DNA from: Bacteroidales bacterium
Lineage (GTDB): Bacteria > Bacteroidota > Bacteroidia > Bacteroidales > VadinHA17
Length of the DNA: 64,000 nt
Direction: 5' to 3'
NCBI GenBank assembly: GCA_035360515.1
Contig: DAOSAY010000009.1
Location: 7,674-71,673, forward strand
The notes beneath the pieces were generated by a model that was not told where the DNA came from, searched no databases, and saw only the letters and a program-made list of their open reading frames with translations. Positions 27,217-36,503 of the stretch are shown in pieces (the first letter of the stretch is position 1; every line of letters begins with the position of its first letter). The position numbers and the translations under genes were made by a program.

Positions 27217-29910
27217 GTGGCTAAAAGATTAATTCTGCTGCTGATTATTCTTTTTTCAGGCCTGGCTGCTTTATTCTTGTCCATACAGCGCGGAAGCCGT
27301 AATATACTCACAGATCCCTACAAGGCTATACCGGCTGATGTTTCAGTTTTAATTGAAACTGTAAATTTTCCCGGCTTATTAAATTCAGTCTCTGAGAATA
27401 ACAGTCTGTTTAAGGAAATAACAGGAATAAAAGAGTTTGAGAAGTTCGGAGAAAAATTCAATTTTCTACGGGCTATAATTAATAACAGTGAGATTACAAA
27501 AACCATAGAAAACCATAAAACCTTAGTCTCTTTTCATAAAGTTGACAGTCAGAATCTGGTTCCCCTGATGGTAATTACTGTTCCGAAATTTGTAAGGTTC
27601 TCTCATATCAGGGAATATCTGACACCCTTCAAGGATTTACACATTAATGTATTAAGAAAGGGGAAAGACAGATTTCTGGAAATTGTCAGAGAAAATCCTG
27701 AAAGAGAAAAATTTTATTTGAGTTTCGTTTCAGGTCTTGTACTTTGCAGTAAATCGGTTGCACTGATAGAGGAGGCTATCCTGCGAAGTAAATCCGGGTC
27801 AGATTTAAGAGATGACACGGGTCTTTCCAGGCTGCTTGCATCGGTCGGAAAAAATGAGGACAGAATATTCTTTATATTTAACAATCTGAAAGATGCCATT
27901 AAAGAGATAATTAAATCACCCGGTATAGCCGGGAAAATAACCAACCTGGCACAAGGAGCTGAAGGGGTGATAATTATTAATGACAATGGATACCTGTTCT
28001 CAGGTTATGCTGACACTAATGACAGTTCTGACATTCTCTTCAGTTATAAGTTACTTGAACCAGCGCAACTAAACATATTCAGGCAACTTCCTGCCAATAC
28101 AGTTTTATTTGAGACAAAAGTGATTTCAGGAAAAAGTGCCGGAATGAGAGGAGAAATGGGTAAGAGCAATCAACTATTGGACGAACTTCAACCTTATCTT
28201 AACGGAGAAACAACACGGGCCATAGTCGATTTAAGAAGGACAGGAATCACCACAAAAGCAACATTACTGGTTTACAGTCTGAAAAACAGAGACATAGCAG
28301 AAAGGATTATAAGTGACAGATTTACAATATGGTGTAATGAGAATAATCTGGATGAGAATAAATATATAAGGTATTTTCAGCCGGATGAACAGACCAGGAT
28401 TCCGGTTCTCTCCACCCCTTTTAAAGGCATTGGTGCATCCTTTTTTGGAGAATGCATGGTAAAAGTGGCTGATTCTCTGATGGCATTTTATGATAATTAC
28501 CTTGTGATGTCTGACAGAAAGGAAGCCATTGAAATGTTTATTTATGATAATCTTCTGCATAAGACAATTTCAACGAATCCCGATTTCATTGAACTCGAAT
28601 CAACCCTTCCGAGTAAAGCCTGCTACTTTTTTTACTGCGTTCCAGGTGCTGTTATAGAAAATCTTTCAGAATTTTTCAATGACAGGGTAAATAAGATTCT
28701 GAGTGAGAATAGCACACTTCTGAAGAAAATAAGATGTGTTGGTTATCAGTTTGTGCCGAGTAACGATATGATTTTCAATACCCTGTCTGTCAGATATGTT
28801 GAAAGTGTTGAGAGTGAACCAGGTGGAACAGAATGGGAGAGCAAGCTTGACGGAGCAGTAGTAACAAAACCTTTGTTCTTTACAAATCATAACACAGGTG
28901 CGAAGGAAATAGTGTTGCAGGACGACATGAACAACCTTTACCTTATAAATGCTGCAGGGAGAATATTGTGGAAAATACAACCAGGGGAACGTGTCAACGG
29001 AAACATTTACATAATTGATTTTTACAGGAATGGCAAGTTTCAGATTCTCTTTGCCGGAGTAAATAATCTTTATATTTTCGACAGAAACGGGAATCGTGTT
29101 GAAAGGTTTCCGGTCAAGCTGCGTGCTCCGGCATCAGGTCCCCCTGCACTTTTTGATTATGACAATAACCGTGATTACAGAATATTTATACCGGGAGAAG
29201 ACAAAATTATTTATGCATATGATAAATACGGAAATACCGTAAAAGGATGGAAACTATTCAAAACAAACGGTTTTGTTAGGTCAGAAATAAAGTTTTTCAG
29301 ACTTTCGGGAAAGGATTTTATTGTTGCAGCTGATGAGAACACAGTATATTTCCTTGATAGAACAGGAAATATCAGACTTAAACCTTCCCAGCCTGTGATA
29401 TGTGCCAGAGGTTCACAGATCAGATCAGATAGTTCAGGTGAACCATCATTCGTATTTTCAGCTCCCGATGGAACAGTACAGTTTATTTACCTCGACGGAA
29501 GAGTGAAAAAAGTTATACTGAACAAATTCAGTTCCGAACATTTCTTTGACTTTTTTGATATAGATGGTGACGGATTTGGTGAATTCATTTTCATTGACGG
29601 AAGTAAATTATTTCTATATGATCATGATATGACGGAAATATTTATTCGTGATTTCGGAACAATAAACATTAAAGGTCCGTATAATTTTGTGTTTTCTTCA
29701 GCTGACAGGAAAATAGGTATTTTTGATCCGGTTAAGAAAGAGGTTTTTCTGATAGATAAAAAAGGAAATGATGTTAAGGGTTTTCCTGTAAAAGGATGCT
29801 CGGAGTTTTCAATCGGTAGTTTGTCAAGAGGTGGTGATTATAATCTTATTGTAGGCGGGAACGACAATTTTCTTTATAATTATAAGTTAAATACATTGGG
29901 AAACTATTGA
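27217..29910 (+). CDS. Uncharacterised 897-aa protein: N-terminal membrane anchor plus C-terminal beta-propeller-like repeat region
   Basis: Hydrophobic N-terminus (LILLLIILFSGLAALFL). The C-terminal ~350 aa carry 7-8 repeats of the type LYIFDRNGNRVERFPVKL / IYAYDKYGNTVKGWKLF / VFLIDKKGNDVKGFPVKG. GTG start. Confidence 0.6.
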   Translation: MAKRLILLLIILFSGLAALFLSIQRGSRNILTDPYKAIPADVSVLIETVNFPGLLNSVSENNSLFKEITGIKEFEKFGEKFNFLRAIINNSEITKTIENHKTLVSFHKVDSQNLVPLMVITVPKFVRFSHIREYLTPFKDLHINVLRKGKDRFLEIVRENPEREKFYLSFVSGLVLCSKSVALIEEAILRSKSGSDLRDDTGLSRLLASVGKNEDRIFFIFNNLKDAIKEIIKSPGIAGKITNLAQGAEGVIIINDNGYLFSGYADTNDSSDILFSYKLLEPAQLNIFRQLPANTVLFETKVISGKSAGMRGEMGKSNQLLDELQPYLNGETTRAIVDLRRTGITTKATLLVYSLKNRDIAERIISDRFTIWCNENNLDENKYIRYFQPDEQTRIPVLSTPFKGIGASFFGECMVKVADSLMAFYDNYLVMSDRKEAIEMFIYDNLLHKTISTNPDFIELESTLPSKACYFFYCVPGAVIENLSEFFNDRVNKILSENSTLLKKIRCVGYQFVPSNDMIFNTLSVRYVESVESEPGGTEWESKLDGAVVTKPLFFTNHNTGAKEIVLQDDMNNLYLINAAGRILWKIQPGERVNGNIYIIDFYRNGKFQILFAGVNNLYIFDRNGNRVERFPVKLRAPASGPPALFDYDNNRDYRIFIPGEDKIIYAYDKYGNTVKGWKLFKTNGFVRSEIKFFRLSGKDFIVAADENTVYFLDRTGNIRLKPSQPVICARGSQIRSDSSGEPSFVFSAPDGTVQFIYLDGRVKKVILNKFSSEHFFDFFDIDGDGFGEFIFIDGSKLFLYDHDMTEIFIRDFGTINIKGPYNFVFSSADRKIGIFDPVKKEVFLIDKKGNDVKGFPVKGCSEFSIGSLSRGGDYNLIVGGNDNFLYNYKLNTLGNY

Positions 29911-29922
29911 TGATTATGATTT

Positions 29923-32046
29923 ATGAAAGGGAAAATATTTAATACGATTATTATCCTGACGGTCTTATACTTATCAGGATGTATAAAGGAGACATACGAC
30001 CTGAACAAATTGTCGGAAGAAGTGCAGATTTCTCCAGTATTTGCATTTCCGGTAGCAACTGGTGACCTGACATTTGCAGACATATTAAAACCAAATGATA
30101 CAGTCAGATATGAGAGTGATAATTTTGTAAAGATTGTGGTTAGGAAGGATTCGGTGGTTTTCCTGAAGCTGGAAGACTATTATGATTTTTCAAATCTGGT
30201 TTCATATAAGAAGGGATTTGAACTGGGTGAGGTTGAGATAAATGATTTCCAGACCTCAACTACATTAAAACTTAATGATATTATTCAGTATTTCAGTCCA
30301 ACCCTAAGGCAGCAGTTTATTAATCTTGACGATGGGCAGCCTCATGACTTTCCGTCTTTTCCCGTTACAGATTTAGGGGAGCATTCTTTCCCTGTCATAG
30401 TCAGTTTTGAGAACGTTCTATTTGGTTCAGGTATACTTCAGATTGGTGTTACAAATAATCTTACAGCACCTCTAAAAGATATTAAAATCCGCTTGTACAC
30501 CAATCCGGGGCATATCCAGGTGGGTACGGAAAAAACCATTACAGGTCCGATATATCCGGGAGCAACAAAAACCGCTGAAATTGACCTTAGCGGTGCAGCA
30601 GTTAAAAATTCATTTATTGCAGCAATTATTTTAACAGGGAGCGATGGTGCTTCAAATGTAATTATTGATCTCGACCATACAGTCGTTTTTTCTGTAAATG
30701 GTTACAACCTGAAAATTAAAGCAGGCAGGGCAATCATCAAGGATCAAATTCTTGATTTAGATGATGATGCAGATACTGTTGATGTTGACCTTGGTGAAGA
30801 TATTGAAATAGAACGGGCAAAAATCAAGAAAGGGACTCTGCAATACAAAATAACTTCAAAGAGTAATGTGACCGGATCAGTTTCTTTTGCTCTGCCAACT
30901 TCATCGCGTAATAATAACGGGCAGCTCACTGAAATGATTTCTGTTCCTCCACAGCAAACAACAACAGGGTCTGTTGACCTGAGCAATATTTCAATAGATC
31001 TTAGCACTGATCCCGGGCAGCCCTACAACAGATTGCCGGTCACAAATCAGGTTAAAATCGGCTCCAATAATATAATTATTGATTACAGTATGTACGACAG
31101 CATATATGTTACCCTGGATGTATCGGATGCTGAAGTAGATTTTGTGAAAGGATATTTCGGGCAGCGTGAGGAACAGATTAAGCCTGATACAATAGATACA
31201 GAACTGGAAGATATACTTGAAAAAATAAGTGGAGAATTTCATATTTCGAAGCCATCTGTTAAGGTTAACTATTCAAATTCATTTGGCATTCCTGTAGAAG
31301 TTACACTGAATGCAAAAGGGAAAAGGGATAATAAAATACAGAATCTGAATCTGGCTCCATTTGTAATTATTAATCCGGTTGATACAGTAGTCAGGGATGT
31401 TTCTTCTGTCTTTACCATCGACGGAACAAATTCCAGTTTGCCCGATCTGATATCATTGCCACCTGTGGAGGCGGTATTTACTGGTTCTGCAAAAATGAAC
31501 CCTGCGGGATCGGCTGGCGGGCGAAATAATTATGTATTTGGTAACAGCAGGCTGCTTGCTTCACTTGAAATTGAAGTTCCTCTTGAATTATGGATTAACA
31601 ATCTGCAGTTTGCAGATACAGTTGATAATTTTCTGAAATCAGAAGAAAACGAAGAAGAGAAGGATAGTCCTTTCCGGCCGGAAAATATGGAATACTTCAG
31701 AATCAAAATAACCACTTCAAATGGATTTCCGCTTGGGGTATCAATTGAGCTGATGCTTTATGATACGGTCACAGGGAGGGTGCTCGACACAATCAGTGCC
31801 CCCGGACTGATAAAGCCAGCTCTTGTTGATGCTTCAGGGAAAGTTGTTTCACCTGTTGAAACAGTTACTGAAATTGAATTTGACAAGCGTTTTTTCGAGG
31901 CTTCAAAAGATGCAGACAAAATTATTTTTATCTTTAAACTTGTCACCTCCGGGGGCGGTACAAAAGATGTAAAGTTTTATTCTGATTATAAGATTTCATA
32001 TAAAGCAACCATTAATGCCAAACCGAAGTTTATCTTTAATAAATAA
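29923..32046 (+). CDS. Uncharacterised 707-aa lipoprotein
   Basis: Signal peptide with lipobox LYLSGC. No recognisable catalytic motif. Starts 12 nt after the upstream gene. Confidence 0.6.
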   Translation: MKGKIFNTIIILTVLYLSGCIKETYDLNKLSEEVQISPVFAFPVATGDLTFADILKPNDTVRYESDNFVKIVVRKDSVVFLKLEDYYDFSNLVSYKKGFELGEVEINDFQTSTTLKLNDIIQYFSPTLRQQFINLDDGQPHDFPSFPVTDLGEHSFPVIVSFENVLFGSGILQIGVTNNLTAPLKDIKIRLYTNPGHIQVGTEKTITGPIYPGATKTAEIDLSGAAVKNSFIAAIILTGSDGASNVIIDLDHTVVFSVNGYNLKIKAGRAIIKDQILDLDDDADTVDVDLGEDIEIERAKIKKGTLQYKITSKSNVTGSVSFALPTSSRNNNGQLTEMISVPPQQTTTGSVDLSNISIDLSTDPGQPYNRLPVTNQVKIGSNNIIIDYSMYDSIYVTLDVSDAEVDFVKGYFGQREEQIKPDTIDTELEDILEKISGEFHISKPSVKVNYSNSFGIPVEVTLNAKGKRDNKIQNLNLAPFVIINPVDTVVRDVSSVFTIDGTNSSLPDLISLPPVEAVFTGSAKMNPAGSAGGRNNYVFGNSRLLASLEIEVPLELWINNLQFADTVDNFLKSEENEEEKDSPFRPENMEYFRIKITTSNGFPLGVSIELMLYDTVTGRVLDTISAPGLIKPALVDASGKVVSPVETVTEIEFDKRFFEASKDADKIIFIFKLVTSGGGTKDVKFYSDYKISYKATINAKPKFIFNK

Positions 32047-32058
32047 AAATATTCAAAC

Positions 32059-33510
32059 ATGTCCTCAAAAGCTGTCAGAATACTGGTTGTAATGCTCCTT
32101 TTCACGACATTTGCCAGGTCGCAGAATAGCAATGTAATGTATTATATGAACATTCCACAGAATCATTTGCTGAATCCTGCACTCAGACCTTCAAACACAT
32201 TTTATCTCGGACTCGGAATAACTGGCATAGGAATAGGCATAAACAATAATTACTTTAATTTTTCTGACGTTATCATGCAAGGACGTTCCGATTCACTGAT
32301 AACTTTTCTTCATCCCGATTATGATGTTGACAAATTCCTTGGTAAAGTTAAGGCAGGTAATTTTTTAACCCCGCAGGCAGATGTTCAGTTGTTTGGTCTT
32401 GGCTTCAATACAGGGAAAGATACATATATCTTTCTGGATCTGATTGAGAGAGTAAAGGGAAATATCACTCTTCCAGGAGACCTAATAAGAATTATGCTTA
32501 AAGGGAATGAAGAATTTGTAGGCAAAACAATGGATCTGGGAGCTCTCGATGCAAGTCTGATGTATTTCAGGGAAGCAGGGATTGGTTTTTCAGCACCAGC
32601 TGGGAAGAGAGCCAGATTTGGAATAAGGGCTAAAGCACTTTTCGGTATTGCAGGAATCTCGCTCGACAACAAATTTCTTTCGATTACTGTAAATGACGAC
32701 TATACCCATATTTTCAATGCTGATCTGACAGCAAATATTAGCGGACCGGTGACCGTATATTTCGATGCTGACAACAAACCTGACAGTCTTTCTGTTGACG
32801 AGGATAAACTGAAGTCGAAAGATTTTTATCTCAACACAAGGAATGCAGGACTGGGACTTGATATTGGAGCAGTTGTCAACATTACAGACCGTTTGAGTGT
32901 ATCAGCCGCTGTCACAGACCTTGGGTTTCTGAGGTGGAATGACATGATAACAAATATTAAGGCAGAAAGCCAGTTCACTTTTAGCGGATTCAATATCACA
33001 GATGTAGTTAACGGCACAAAAACATTTGATGAGCTAGCTGATGAAATGCTAGACTCTCTGAAAAATTCAGTGATAGTAACTGATGAAAAAAGCTCTTTCT
33101 CAAACTGGCTGGCTCCTTCTGTAAGTGTTGGAGCAAGCTATAATATCACAAAAAGTTTGGGAGTAGGTGTACTCTCCCGCACTTTTTTCGAGAAAAGCGG
33201 GCTTAGAGAAATGGTAACTTTATCAGCCAACCTGAATGTTGGAAGTGCATTTTCCACAAGTATAAGTTACACTGCCACAGGTTACAGTTACGACAATTTT
33301 GGAGCAGGAATGGCATTTAAAGCTGGATTCCTCCAGTTTTATGTTCTTGCCGACAGAATTCCGGTTATATGGAATAAAATAATCAAGGATGATGTGAAAA
33401 TCCCACTCCCTGAAAACTGGAATGTTATTGGATTAAGGTTCGGTGTGAATATGGCTATTGGAAATAATGTTAAAAAGAAAAGTGACAGGCCGATGCTGAA
33501 AGTCGAATAA
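32059..33510 (+). CDS. Uncharacterised 483-aa secreted protein, probable outer-membrane beta-barrel
   Basis: Signal peptide (LLFTTFARSQ). Many amphipathic beta-strand-like segments (GLGLDIGAVVNITDRLSVSAAVTDLGF, SISYTATGYSYDNFGAGMAFKAGF). Starts 12 nt after the upstream gene. Confidence 0.55.
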   Translation: MSSKAVRILVVMLLFTTFARSQNSNVMYYMNIPQNHLLNPALRPSNTFYLGLGITGIGIGINNNYFNFSDVIMQGRSDSLITFLHPDYDVDKFLGKVKAGNFLTPQADVQLFGLGFNTGKDTYIFLDLIERVKGNITLPGDLIRIMLKGNEEFVGKTMDLGALDASLMYFREAGIGFSAPAGKRARFGIRAKALFGIAGISLDNKFLSITVNDDYTHIFNADLTANISGPVTVYFDADNKPDSLSVDEDKLKSKDFYLNTRNAGLGLDIGAVVNITDRLSVSAAVTDLGFLRWNDMITNIKAESQFTFSGFNITDVVNGTKTFDELADEMLDSLKNSVIVTDEKSSFSNWLAPSVSVGASYNITKSLGVGVLSRTFFEKSGLREMVTLSANLNVGSAFSTSISYTATGYSYDNFGAGMAFKAGFLQFYVLADRIPVIWNKIIKDDVKIPLPENWNVIGLRFGVNMAIGNNVKKKSDRPMLKVE

Positions 33511-33524
33511 TGAAATAAGTATTT

Positions 33525-33740
33525 ATGATAAGAATAGTTCTTTTTGTAATAATTATAATTCTGATTTTGAGAATACTATTGCTTTCGAGAATGGAAAACA
33601 AAAGGCGTATCTCAAACAGATGGTATTCCGAGACTGATTTTAAAAAAGTATTTGGAGAAAAAAATTTCCGGAAAAGTCTACAGGGAGATACTGTTAATAA
33701 AAAAGCCAGGAAAAGCAAGAAGAAAATTATTTCCGAATAA
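33525..33740 (+). CDS. Possible small membrane protein (71 aa), questionable
   Basis: ATG lies 14 nt after the upstream stop on the same strand. One TM helix (IVLFVIIIILILRILLL) plus a Lys-rich tail. The AT-rich context makes a chance ORF plausible. It overlaps the 3' end of the convergent ABC ATPase gene by 14 nt. Confidence 0.25.
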   Translation: MIRIVLFVIIIILILRILLLSRMENKRRISNRWYSETDFKKVFGEKNFRKSLQGDTVNKKARKSKKKIISE

Positions 33741-34476
33741 GCTGTTTTGCCAGTGAGTTGGCAAATACAAAATCATTCAGTTTTTCGCAGGTGGAATTGA
33801 GTATTTCGTATTTGCTTCCTTCCCAGTATTTTATCCCCTCGCTGATAAAGATAATCTTTTCTCCTATTTCCATCACCGAATTCATGTCGTGAGTATTTAT
33901 TATTGTTGTCATAGAATATTCTTCGGTGATTTCTTTTATCAGGGCGTCTATTAAGTTGGCAGTTATGGGGTCGAGGCCTGAATTTGGTTCATCGCACATA
34001 AGGTATTTTGGATTAAGAGCTATTGCTCTTGCAATTGCAACACGTTTTCTCATCCCGCCTGAAAGTTCTGAGGGGTAAAGGTGGTTTGCATTGTGGATGT
34101 TGACTCTATCGAGACAAAAATTTACTCTTTTTATTTTTTCTTTCATCGTCATGTTTGTAAACATGTCGAGGGGAAATCTTACGTTCTGTTCCACAGTCAT
34201 TGAGTCGAAAAGCGCACTTCCCTGAAAAAGCATTCCCATCTGTTTTCTTATTTCCTTTTTCTCTCTGAAGCCCAGCTTATTAAAAGGAACATCGCCGAAC
34301 CAGATTTCACCTCTGTCTATTTCGTGCAATCCGACGATTGACTTAAGAAGTACGGTTTTCCCCGAGCCGCTCTGGCCTATTATCAGATTGGTTTTGCCCG
34401 GTTCGAAAGTAACTGAGATGTCGGTCAGTACTTCTTTACCGTTAAATGACTTATAAAGGTTTTTTACTGTAATCAT
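33727..34476 (-). CDS. ABC transporter ATP-binding protein, MlaF-like
   Basis: Walker A GQSGSGKTV, signature LSGGMRKRVAIARA, Walker B LMCDEPNSGLDP. ATGA overlap with the upstream permease gene. Confidence 0.85.
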   Translation of the reverse strand: MITVKNLYKSFNGKEVLTDISVTFEPGKTNLIIGQSGSGKTVLLKSIVGLHEIDRGEIWFGDVPFNKLGFREKKEIRKQMGMLFQGSALFDSMTVEQNVRFPLDMFTNMTMKEKIKRVNFCLDRVNIHNANHLYPSELSGGMRKRVAIARAIALNPKYLMCDEPNSGLDPITANLIDALIKEITEEYSMTTIINTHDMNSVMEIGEKIIFISEGIKYWEGSKYEILNSTCEKLNDFVFANSLAKQLIRK

Positions 34477-35225
34477 GTCAGAAGCATCTGAGTAAGAATA
34501 ACATTAAACATCAGAATATATACGCTGCTGTAAACCACAGCTTTAGTTGACGCCTGTCCTACTTCCAGAGATCCTCCTTTTACAAAATAACCCTGGTATG
34601 CCGAGATACTTGTAATAAGAAAAGCAAAGACAACGGTTTTAATAAGTGAGTATGTTATATAATAAGGTATAAAGGCATACTGAATTCCGTAAATGAATTG
34701 TTCCGAAGTGATTACTCCCACTATCTGGGTTCCAACAAACCATCCTCCGAATATGCCTATTATTATACTCAGCAATGTAAGAAAAGGATTGAACAGAAGT
34801 GTCGCAATCATCTTGGGCAGTATCAGGTAAGAAGCCGAGTTTACACCCATAATCTCAAGAGCATCAATTTGTTCTGTAACACGCATAGTGCCTATTTCTG
34901 ATGCTATGTTTGAACCCACTTTCCCCGCCAGAATAAGTGCAACTATTGTTGAGGAGAATTCAAGTATAATAGAATCGCGGCATCCAAGGCCAATCAGGTA
35001 AGCCGGGTAAATAGGGTTTTCGGTGTTATATGCTGTCTGCAGTGTGATGGCAGCTCCCATAAAAAAAGAGATAATAGCTGTTATACCTATGGAATTGACG
35101 CCTAAATAAACCAGTTCACGCATGGTTTGCTTGTAATAGACTGATGTTTTTTCAGGCTTTGAAAAGACTTTTCCAAGCAGTATAAAATACCTACCTATAG
35201 TTTCAAGGCCTCTGTCAATTAACAT
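34473..35225 (-). CDS. ABC transporter permease, MlaE-like
   Basis: Polytopic ~250-aa permease coupled to the MlaF-like ATPase. The start is set at ATG 35225 because TTG 35252 lies within a TAACTTTG -7 box. Confidence 0.8.
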   Translation of the reverse strand: MLIDRGLETIGRYFILLGKVFSKPEKTSVYYKQTMRELVYLGVNSIGITAIISFFMGAAITLQTAYNTENPIYPAYLIGLGCRDSIILEFSSTIVALILAGKVGSNIASEIGTMRVTEQIDALEIMGVNSASYLILPKMIATLLFNPFLTLLSIIIGIFGGWFVGTQIVGVITSEQFIYGIQYAFIPYYITYSLIKTVVFAFLITSISAYQGYFVKGGSLEVGQASTKAVVYSSVYILMFNVILTQMLLT

Positions 35226-35249
35226 AGTGCCATTCCTGTTATGAAACTT

Positions 35250-35257
35250 CAAAGTTA
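35250..35257 (-). promoter_or_regulatory. -7 promoter box (TAACTTTG) for the mlaEF-like operon
   Basis: Exact TAnnTTTG on the minus strand, 24 nt upstream of ATG 35225. Confidence 0.4.
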
Positions 35258-35318
35258 AAAATTATTGTCAATTAATTCCGGGTGTTCTGGTTCTTTAGAC
35301 TGAATGTGCAAATAGTTT

Positions 35319-35326
35319 TATCTTTG
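35319..35326 (+). promoter_or_regulatory. -7 promoter box (TATCTTTG) for the mannose-1-phosphate guanylyltransferase gene
   Basis: Exact TAnnTTTG, 24 nt upstream of ATG 35351. Confidence 0.4.
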
Positions 35327-35350
35327 CATTAAAACATAAACCGGTCAGAG

Positions 35351-36436
35351 ATGAATAACAGATATGTTATAATAATGGCTGGCGGCATCGGGAGCAGGTT
35401 CTGGCCTCTGAGCCGCAAAGAGAAGCCGAAACAGTTTCTTGACATTCTTGGGAGGGGGGAAACACTAATTCAGCAGACATTCAGGCGGTTCAAGAAGGTA
35501 TGTCCGGAAGAAAATATTTTTGTGGTAACAAATGTTGAGCACAGGCAGATTGCTATTGATCAGCTTGGAATTAAACCCGGCAGGGTTCTCTGCGAGCCGT
35601 TAAGGCGCAATACTGCACCATGTATAGCATATGGGGTTTTCAGAATAAAAAAGGAGAATCCCGATGCAGTAATAGCTGTAACTCCTGCTGACCATCTTAT
35701 TGAAAAAGAAGAAGAATTTTACAACATTGTGAATATTGCATATAGTTTTTCAGAAAAACATAATGCGTTGTTGACTTTAGGAATAAAACCCAGCAGGCCA
35801 GAAACAGGATATGGATATATTCAGGCAAATGAAAAAAAGCCTGTTGAAGGTTTTGAAAAGTTGCATAAGGTTAAAACGTTTACTGAGAAGCCGAATCTGG
35901 AACTTGCAAAGGTCTTTCTTGAAAGCGGAGATTTTTACTGGAATTCCGGAATTTTTTTCTGGAGCGTAAATTCAATTCTGAAAGCCTTTTCAAAATATCT
36001 TCCCGACATTTACATGGCTTTTGAGGAAGGGCAGCATTTTCTGGGAACAGAAAAGGAGGAATCATTTATATCCCGTACTTATATTTCGCTCCCAAGTATA
36101 TCAATTGATTACGGGATTATGGAGAAAGCCGATAACGTTTATGTTTTAAGTACTGATATAGGCTGGTCTGACCTCGGCGCCTGGAGTTCCCTTTATGAAC
36201 ATTCTGTAACTGACGAGAATGGAAATGTGAATGTCAACGGACATCTGTTTATTTATAGCAGCAAAAGGAACATTTTTAATATCAAGCCAGGAAAGGTTGC
36301 TGTAATTCAGGGTTTGGAAGATTATATCGTTGTCGATTCAGGGGATGTACTATTGATAGTAAAAAAGGAAGATGAGCAAAATATTAAATACTATCTTGAT
36401 GATGTAAAGAAAAAGACAGGAGATAAGTTTCTATAG
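35351..36436 (+). CDS. Mannose-1-phosphate guanylyltransferase (nucleotidyltransferase domain only)
   Basis: IMAGGIGSRFWPLSRKEKPKQFL N-terminal signature, and a size and pattern typical of ManC-like enzymes lacking the isomerase domain. Confidence 0.8.
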   Translation: MNNRYVIIMAGGIGSRFWPLSRKEKPKQFLDILGRGETLIQQTFRRFKKVCPEENIFVVTNVEHRQIAIDQLGIKPGRVLCEPLRRNTAPCIAYGVFRIKKENPDAVIAVTPADHLIEKEEEFYNIVNIAYSFSEKHNALLTLGIKPSRPETGYGYIQANEKKPVEGFEKLHKVKTFTEKPNLELAKVFLESGDFYWNSGIFFWSVNSILKAFSKYLPDIYMAFEEGQHFLGTEKEESFISRTYISLPSISIDYGIMEKADNVYVLSTDIGWSDLGAWSSLYEHSVTDENGNVNVNGHLFIYSSKRNIFNIKPGKVAVIQGLEDYIVVDSGDVLLIVKKEDEQNIKYYLDDVKKKTGDKFL

Positions 36437-36441
36437 AAAAT

Positions 36442-36470
36442 AAAAAGGGGGCATTTGCCCCTTTTTTTGT
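36442..36470. terminator. Bidirectional rho-independent terminator between manC-like and gldN
   Basis: AAAAAGGGGGC-attt-GCCCCTTTTTT gives an 11-bp stem with a 4-nt loop. It is flanked by an A-run and a T-run, so it reads as a terminator on both strands. Confidence 0.75.
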
Positions 36471-36503
36471 TTATACAGTTATATGGTTTATAAAGTTCTC
36501 TGA

